64,000 nt of DNA from Eledone cirrhosa. Lineage: Eukaryota. The stretch covers positions 14,446,001 to 14,510,000 of the forward strand of contig OZ024746.1 in NCBI GenBank assembly GCA_964016885.1, in the 5' to 3' direction. Under the pieces are notes generated by a model. The model was given only the letters and a program-made list of their open reading frames with translations. It did not search any database and was not told the origin of the DNA. The translations under genes and the position numbers were made by a program. Below, one piece after another: positions 55,401 through 64,000 of this stretch; the stretch's first letter is position 1; the number at the start of each line of letters is the position of its first letter.

Positions 55401-58400
55401 TTTAGTTTTAGTTTTTTTAGAGTGCGACCAAACATACTTAATGTAATGATCAAAAAGACTTTGTGGTTAGTTGAAATTATACCGGAAATGTAAAGAAATA
55501 TCAAATACATGTTTCTGGTTTGTCGGAATGTTTGAGTTAGTTAGAGATATAATGTATTCCTTGGGTGTTTATTCCTGTTCATCGTGGCTGTTTAAATCCC
55601 GTTTTGCTATTAACTGTTCCAGACGAGGTATCATTTAGAAAATATATTATAAACGAACTATTATCTACAAAATACTATCCTATAATACATTTCTCTATTC
55701 AGGCACCACAATACTAGAAATATGAAAATAATATTTTAGATAAAAAATAAAAAGCGTACATGAATATTAAGCTTATTTATTAAGTTCAGTGGCGTAAATA
55801 CGCTGCTTACATTTATAAAACCAAAAATGTGGTCATTTCAATTAATAATGTTTTGAGACCGTTAAAGATTAGAGGCAGATAATTATGTTTTCAATACGCA
55901 TTGTACCATTATCAATATTATTCATTGTTGACCAGCATGTAATTTAAACTAGACGAACAAGGAATTTCAAAGTCACCGATAAAAGTAAAAGATTTTGCAA
56001 AAGAGAAAGATTTTGGATGCCAAAGGCAACCCCGGTATAAACGTATAATTTAGCAAAAATAGAGTGTATTCAGTTTTCAAATACTTTCAATTTTAGCTTT
56101 CAATTTTGGCGAGACAATTGAAGATTTCAATTTTACAAGTTTTAACACTTGGTATATCATTCTTTATTGCTAGTAAAATATGCTTTTCGAATACTATGCA
56201 TCATTTTATCACATAAAATAGATTATCGTTGATAAATTCATTTTATGAATATAAGTATCACGTAAATTCTCTTTTGAATACACTTCACTGAGCTCAGAAG
56301 TAATATTCCATTTTACTGAGAATTTGGTTGAAGGCGGTGGTTCAAGGATATATGATACTGCATTAATAGATTCAAAAATTTATAAACTCCTGTTTTTGTC
56401 ACTGCCACAAATTCATATTAATGCAAACATAAATTGCTTTCGTTATTGCACAAGTAGCACATATAATGTATCAGATGTATACTATTTCAATCGACCTGTT
56501 CACCTTGTAAACTGATTAGCGGTTACTGATATAAATAATGAAACATGCCAACTAGGAGTTTTCATCACTTTTCATACCTAGGATGTACAAGATCTACCTC
56601 ATTTGTTTCCGTGCTACCTTGCTGATAACAACGTGTAATTCTAGATATGATTTAGAAAATTATTAATCATCATCATTAAACTAATGGTCTCAGTACCTTT
56701 CTGTTTGGACTCGGTTTAACATATTTCATAACAGGAGCATAAACATGATTGTATACATATATATATGTGTGTGCGTGTGTGTGTGTGTCCGTGTGTGTAT
56801 GTGTGTGTATGTGTGTGTGTGTGAGTAATATAATTTTAAATATAGAATTAACAAATGCATTTAACCGATTCATCAGAAAACATTTAAATGCATGTAAACT
56901 AAGCTAAATAACTTTTCATCGTCCCTTTCTTGTTAGGCGTTTAACCCATTGATGGTTTCAAAGTTATTTTACAGGATCATTATCTGAAATCAACCTTCTC
57001 CAGATATGATTATATTATTAACTGAATTAATAAAGAAAATATCTTGTAGTAGCAATTAAATGAAGAAAAAGCAAAAGTAAATTCGGAAAAAATCTGATAG
57101 AATTGACTTATGTTATAAACATTTCTTAAACATCACTCAATAGCTGAAGATTTCCACCTGAATTCATATCATATATCTAAACGACTGCAAAGAAAATCTG
57201 TTGATTTAAGAGTAAATAGAACCATTACAAATATTTCGCTTGAAAGAAAGTGAAAATATAATAATTAAGTGAAGACATTCATAAGCAGCGTCTGAAAGAA
57301 TGAAACAGTTCGCTGTCAAACATAATAAGGACCGTTAATAGCAATGTCGTTCTAAACCACCCACTCACCGGAAACTGTAAAACGCTGGCATTAAAAGAAG
57401 TAATATAATAAAGTGTACGTCGGTATAGAATCAGGCTTGAAATTAAAAATCGCATTCATATTGTAAGAAAAGCATCAAAGGAGAAATTTCAATATATGTA
57501 CAATTATTCGGAAATGACGCGGATATCTCGATGGAGAATCTTCTGAAATACTACTAAATGTAAACATCTTTTAATGAAAAGACGTATTTAGCAATACTAG
57601 GTAACTGTTAAAGTATGAAATTCGTAGAAGTGATATATAATTCGAAAGATTTTCATAAACTTCCTAAACGCCCCAAAACTCCACTTTCGTTATAGGAGTT
57701 TCTGAGAACGTTTCGAGTCAATTCCAAAATGTTTATATATTTCAAAGCAAATCAATTATGTTTCAGTAAATCAATCAGGAGAATTGACACAATTTTCACA
57801 ATCTAAACTATAATAAAGAAAGGAGTGCGGGACTGCATCCAGAATATTTTTTTTACCCCGTTTGTAAAATAAGTTGGATTACTTTGAATAAATAATGAAT
57901 GAATATTACATAATTTACCTACTAAATTTCGTGGCTGTTGATTAAATATATTTTATAGCTTATTTAAAGATTCACTTCTTTAAAATTGTCAAATGTCAAC
58001 ACTTACAGTTAGCGGCCGTTATATTATAACACTTATAATCGCATATATTTCCGTCGTTAATTTTCTCCTAATGCAGTTTATATATAATATCGTCTTTTTT
58101 TAAATGTATCATGGATTACGTTACTGATTACATAAGACAGTGTAACACAGTCTTCGTTCAATTTCTGTGTATATTGTCAATTACGATTTTATTTACATGC
58201 ATATATATTTATGTATAATATCAATATACACACTACACATGGTTTTTCTGCTAGTTATATCTAATATAATACACAGAAAGGATAATTTTATTTATATTGC
58301 AATAGTACGAATTACAAAGTATCTAAATTCCACAACAGGACTTATCAAACAGTAGATAGATAAGGGTGTGATACGTTCCTCATAAGATTTAGCACAATAA

Positions 58401-58635
58401 CATCTGGTGTTACATATTTGTTACAGTTGCACATTTGACATGTATCTAGAGTTGAATAACATCGTAAAAAAATATAGGATAATGTGGTTCTAGATACATT
58501 TATAAAATGTATCTAGAACCGCAAGGTATTCTAAATAACATTGAAACAATAGAAAGTTCCATTCTCTCCCCCATATAGAAAAACAACACAGCAATGGCAA
58601 TAAGAGTGAAAACTTCAGCTAAAAATGTTGAAGCA

Positions 58636-58769
<134 letters not shown>

Positions 58770-58972
58770 GTATGTATATGTGTGTATGTATATGTGTATA
58801 CACATATGCATATTTATGTATATATGCATGTGTATGTATCCTTATTTATATACATGTACATATGTGTATGTATATACATGTACATATGTATATGTATTAT
58901 ACATGCATATATATATATGTATGTACGTGTGTGTCTATATATATATATATATCATATATCATATTATATTTA

Positions 58973-59004
<32 letters not shown>

Positions 59005-59214
59005 CATTATATTTAGAGTCATTTTGAAATTTAAATTTGTCCAGGAATCACGGCTTTTGCCAATATGAGCTTCTTTTTATCGATTTATATCGAGACGGAC
59101 AAACTATATTTATTTTAATTAGTTTATTTCATTCTAGCTAACTTAGTCTTTTGCAATGCAAACACTTACGTGTTTATCATATATTAATTTATATTAACTT
59201 GTATATATATATAT

Positions 59215-59571
59215 GTAGAAGTTATATTTAATTTGTTGGGATACAAGCAAATATTTCTATAACTGATATAAAGCACTCAACAAATTTTTCGAGTAAAAAT
59301 ACAATATATTAATAAATGGAAACTATATTTATAAAACCATATTTATTTCATTATACATATTCCAAGGACACCAAAGCAAATTATGGTGCGCTTTCATCAG
59401 ATAAAATATAATATAGATCAGTTTTATAAGGGTATGTCAATATTTGTTTATAAAACTGATCTATATTATATTTTATATGATGAAAGCGCACCATAATTTG
59501 CTTTGGTGTCCTTGAAATATGTATAATGAAATAAATATGGTTTTATAAATATAGCTTCCATTTATTAATAT

Positions 59572-59578
<7 letters not shown>
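59215..59578 (-). mobile_element. Fold-back element (~130-bp arms, 59299-59578, plus tail)
   Basis: Near-perfect inverted repeat around a loop at ~59430-59447. The tail has AAGCACTCAA (TTGAGTGCTT on the minus strand). Flanked by (TA)n. Confidence 0.88.
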
Positions 59579-59631
<53 letters not shown>

Positions 59632-59634
<3 letters not shown>

Positions 59635-61853
59635 CAGCGCAACCCTAATTGTGGAGGCCCTGTCCACGCCGGGGAAGAATAGAGTATCCATTTTGTGGCC
59701 ACAGAATCACTCAAGAAAAGGGACTGCTTTTCTGATGACCAGAACAAAATAGTTTATCTCTACAAAATAAGGAAAACATCAACAGAACCGTCTAGTTGCT
59801 CTCCTCATATAACAACCACAAGGATTCAACATTAACATTGCCCCACTTTCTAAAACTAGACAAAAACAACATACGTCAAGAAGTAAAACCTGGTCTCTGC
59901 TACAAATACCTCCTCCTCTCGCAGAACCTGGTCTCTGCTACAAATACCTCCTCCTCTCGCAGAACCTGGTCTCTGCTACAAATACCTCCTCCTCTCGCAG
60001 AACCTGGTCTCTGCTACAAATACCTCCTCCTCTCGCAGAACCTGGTCTCTGCTACAAATACCTCCCCCTCTCGCAGAACCTGGTCTCTGCTACAAATACC
60101 TCCCCCTCTCGCTGAACCTGGTCTCTGCTACAAATACCTCCCTCTCTCGCTGAACCTGGTCTCTGCTACAAATACCTCCCCCTCTCGCTGAACCTGGTCT
60201 CTGATACAAATACCTCCTCCTCTCGCTGAACCTGGTCTCTGCTACAAATACCTCCTCCTCTCGCAGAATCTGGTCTCTGCTACAAATACCTCCCTCTCTC
60301 GCTGAACCTGGTCTCTGCTACAAATACCTCCCCCTATCGCTGGAGCAAAACCTGGTCTCTGCTACAAATACCTCCTCCTCTCACTGAACCTGGTCTCTGC
60401 TACAAATACCTCCTCCTCTCGCTGAACCTGGTCTCTGCTACAAATACCTCCTCCTCTCGCTGAACCTGGTCTCTGCTACAAATACCTCTTCCTCTCGCTG
60501 AAACTGGTCTCTGCTACAAATACCTCCTCCTCTCGCTGGAGCAAAACCTGGTCTCTGCTACAAATACCTCCCCCTCTCCCTGGAGCAAAACCTGGTCTCT
60601 GCTACAAATACCTCCCCCTCTCCCTGGAGCAAAACCTGGTCTCTGCTACAAATACCTCCCCCTCTCCCTGGAGCAAAACCTGGTCTCTGCTACAAATACC
60701 TCCCCCTCTCCCTGGAGCAAAACCTGGTCTCTGCTACAAATACCTCCCCCTCTCGCTGGAGCAAAAGCTGGTCTCTGCTACAAATACCTCCCCCTCTCGC
60801 TGGAGCAAAACCTGGTCTCTGCTACAAATACCTCCCCCTCTCGCTGGAGCAAAACCTGGTCTCTGCTACAAATACCTCCCCCTCTCCCTGGAGCAAAACC
60901 TGGTCTCTGCTACAAATACCTCCCCCTCTCGCAAAACCTGGCCTCTGCTACAAATACCTCCTCCTCTCGCAAAACCTGGTCTCTGCTACAAATACCTCCC
61001 CCTCTCGCAGAACCTGGTCTCTGCTACAAATACCTCCCCCTCTCGCTGAACCTGGTCTCTGCTACAAATACCTCCCCCTCTCGCTGAACCTGGTCTCTGC
61101 TACAAATACCTCCCCCTCTCGCTGAACCTGGTCTCTGCTACAAATACCTCCCCCTCTCGCTGAACCTGGTCTCTGCTACAAATACCTCACCCTCTCCCTG
61201 GAGCAAAACCTGGTCTCTGCTACAAATACCTCCCCCTCTCGCTGAACCTGGTCTCTGCTACAAATACCTCGCCCTCTCGCTGAACCTGGTCTCTGCTACA
61301 AATACCTCCCCCTCTCGCTGAACCTGGTCTCTGCTACAAATACCTCCCCCTCTCGCTGAACCTGGTCTCTGCTACAAATACCTCACCCTCTCCCTGGAGC
61401 AAAACCTGGTCTCTGCTACAAATACCTCCCCCTCTCGCTGAACCTGGTCTCTGCTACAAATACCTCCCCCTCTCGCTGGAGCAAAACCTGGTCTCTGCTA
61501 CAAATACCTCCCCCTCTCCCTGGAGCAAAACCTGGTCTCTGCTACAAATACCTCCCCCTCTCCCTGGAGCAAAACCTGGTCTCTGCTACAAATACCTCCT
61601 CCTCTCGCTGAACCTGGTCTCTGCTACAAATACCTCCCCCTCTCGCTGGAAAAGCAGTGCATTCCATTCCAGACGGAGCGTTGTGTTCTTTAACAAGACC
61701 CATTATTTTGCGCTGTTTCAGTTGACACAGGTGGCAAAAGTAAGTTGTAACTGATACATTGTGTCATGCCAAATCTCCCTGATATTAAGGAGTTTGCTTC
61801 ACGACCATATATTTCTGGGTTCAGTGCCGCTGAAAGAATATCTGCCTCCACCA
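59632..61853. mobile_element. Possible solo LTR (TG...CA) inserted in (TA)n and inflated by an internal minisatellite
   Basis: Starts TGACAGC directly after (TA)n and ends CCACCA directly before (TA)n. It would be ~0.5 kb with the array collapsed. Confidence 0.45.
59885..61650. repeat. Minisatellite with 38-bp and 44-bp unit variants (roughly 44 units)
   Basis: AACCTGGTCTCTGCTACAAATACCTCC(T/C)CCTCTCGC(A/T)G (38 bp) is interspersed with a ...TCTC(C/G)CTGGAGCAA variant (44 bp). Confidence 0.97.
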
Positions 61854-61854
61854 T

Positions 61855-61983
<129 letters not shown>

Positions 61984-62100
61984 ATGAATATAATGAGTAA
62001 AATAGATGTAAAATAAGGTATTTCTTTCTTGAAGCCTACACCTCGAATAACAATATTCTAGTTAATAAGCTACTTCATGCACTTCTGGGGCTTTCTTTTA

Positions 62101-62162
<62 letters not shown>

Positions 62163-63220
62163 GGGGGGTCTTCAAGAAAGAAATATCCTATATTACATCT
62201 ATTTTACTCATTATATATATTCAAAAAATATTTCACGTAGGTTCCTAAAAGATTTTTGAAACAATTTATTATTCTGTTAAGCTCTAATGATATGGATGTG
62301 ATTAGAAAAATAAAAATAAAATGTCTTCATATCAACAAAACCATTCACATGCTAAGATAAATGAATAGAAAATCAAATATATTTCTGGCTCATTCAACAG
62401 CTCATACCTAAATCTGGATCTGGCATAGTTATAATCTTAAATATTCAAATATATTTACGAGAAACTGAATTCCTGTATCCAATCGACATTTTGAGCTTTT
62501 CATTTTGGTTATCACATCTAAGAAAAGAACTTGCTTCATTCGACTGGAAAGTGAACATTCTTTCTTATTCAAATATACATGTCATTTCTCTGGATAAAAG
62601 AGAAGCAATATAATTTTATCGAAATGTAGTATTGGTATTTGAAATCATATGCAAATAGTTCAAATACATTTTGATTGAATATTATTCATGAAATATTTGA
62701 AACGACAGATATTTTGTATCCTCGTTCTTTTTTGCCTGATCCTCAAAGGAATTATATAAAAATTATTCCTAGATATTTCTTGAGAAATGGAATATAGTTG
62801 ATAGACGCAACACGATTATCCAATAAAATGAGCATATTTTTATATTTATTTTAATCATGCATATCCAAATACTGATGTACAGCGCCATATTTTAGTGTTT
62901 ATTATATTTCCTTCTTCGCCATTTAACCATATTAGCCTGGCGATCAATTTTATCTAAATGTTTCAAGCAATCAAATATTCACAATTATATGCTAGTGTGT
63001 AATTTATCACTCGCAAATACATGACCATTTCGCTTGATTATGTGTGTGTGTATCTGTATGTGTGTGTGTGTATCTGTATGTGTGTGTGCGTGAGCGTGCG
63101 TGTGTGTGTGTATGCGTGTGTGTGTGTGTGTGTGCGTAAACAGAAATAAATATCAAAGCTGTCGAAACGGTACAATGAAGTAATATATTAGTTTAATATA
63201 TTATTTTAATATGAAAAGAG

Positions 63221-63256
63221 TCTTAACGTTTCGGACAGAAGTCCTTCATCAGAAAG
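63221..63256 (-). ncRNA. Minimal hammerhead ribozyme motif, Penelope-type
   Basis: Minus strand CTTT-CTGATGA-A-GGAC-TTCT-GTCC-GAAACGTT-AAGA, with ATTAAA downstream. Confidence 0.7.
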
Positions 63257-63586
63257 TACAATGAGAAATAAAAGATGAAGTGGAAAGATTAAGACTGAGA
63301 AAAGAAATGAACGGGGAAAATGAGAAAAAACAGTTATATATATTCAGATGGGGGTACGTGGGTAGCGTATGTGAATTTGTATATATATATATATTTACTC
63401 AGGTTTGAGGTTCACCACTGGATAGAGCTGGTCTATTCCGTATGGTCAATCGCAATGTAATAATATAGAGAGTACTCAACGTAAAGCAGTTCAACCGTCT
63501 TTGTTTTTGGTGGTGCTAGTACGGAGTCAAATATTATAATGAAATGACAGGAGGCTGGATTTGTGTAAATCCTTGAAAGGTTTATT

Positions 63587-63644
63587 ATACTATGATCATT
63601 TCAATGACCGGGTTCCGTATGAATCCGGTGATATCATCAGGTAT
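63587..63644 (-). ncRNA. Minimal hammerhead ribozyme motif
   Basis: Minus strand ATAC-CTGATGA-TATC-ACCGG..CCGGT-CATT-GAAA-TGATCA-TA-GTAT-AATAAA: stem I ATAC/GTAT and palindromic stem III. The base of stem II is imperfect. Confidence 0.65.
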
Positions 63645-63726
63645 TCGAAATATAATACGTGAATGTAATAGATAAAATCCATGGGACTGAAAATCGAGGA
63701 CCCGAGGGCGACCGCTATCCAGCACC

Positions 63727-63760
<34 letters not shown>

Positions 63761-63764
<4 letters not shown>

Positions 63765-64000
63765 AAAAAAGATGAAATCGAAAATGAGAATATTTATTTG
63801 GTTCCTTTACCGGTTTCGCAGTTCTTATGCTTTTCAAAAGTAGAATTGAGATGGAGGAGAAAAACCACAAACCCTCCATCTCAATTCTACTTTTGAAAAG
63901 CATAAGAATTGCGAAACCGGTAAAGGAACCAAATAAATATTCTTAAAAAGATTCCAGTTGCATTTTCGATTTCATCTTTTTTTCCTTATACTTTCACTCG
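63761..64000 (+). mobile_element. Fold-back element with variant hammerhead cores (63885-63928 on plus, mirrored on minus); runs off the window end
   Basis: CTT-TTGAAAA-GCA-TAAGAAT-TGC-GAAA-CCGG-TA-AAG followed by AATAAA. Same family as 7644-7896. Confidence 0.8.

Noticed and set aside
58483-58523. 19-bp hairpin
   Set aside because: Real but short and AT-rich, with no ribozyme core, tail or TSD to interpret.
59885-61650. CRISPR-like array of ~38-bp repeats
   Set aside because: The units are contiguous with no unique spacers, there are no cas genes, and the context is eukaryotic. It is a minisatellite.

Overview
AT-rich, microsatellite-dense eukaryotic DNA in which I could not recognise any host gene. 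The SINE family and the (TA)n/(TG)n/(TATG)n density suggest an octopus or other cephalopod genome (inference). Nearly all ORFs in the supplied track are microsatellite read-throughs. Recognisable content is transposon-derived: more than 15 copies or fragments of one tRNA-derived SINE (two with clean 17-bp TSDs); fragments of RTE, R4/Dong, Tx1/L1 and Jockey/CR1-like LINEs; decayed hAT and Chapaev3-like transposases; a Tc1/mariner MITE; Penelope-like GIY-YIG remnants; and a TG...CA element holding a 1.8-kb 38/44-bp minisatellite. The most striking signal is about a dozen short fold-back (palindromic) elements from several unrelated families sitting against microsatellite tracts, mostly (TA)n. 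Many carry a minimal hammerhead-ribozyme-like core (YTGANRA...GAAA-palindrome-TH), often a downstream AATAAA, and an unpaired tail with a recurring TGAGT(A/G)C(T/C)-like motif. They look like Penelope-type pLTR mini-elements. Two RTE insertions show clear twin-priming 5' inversions and a third probably does. All calls are by eye; no database search was run.
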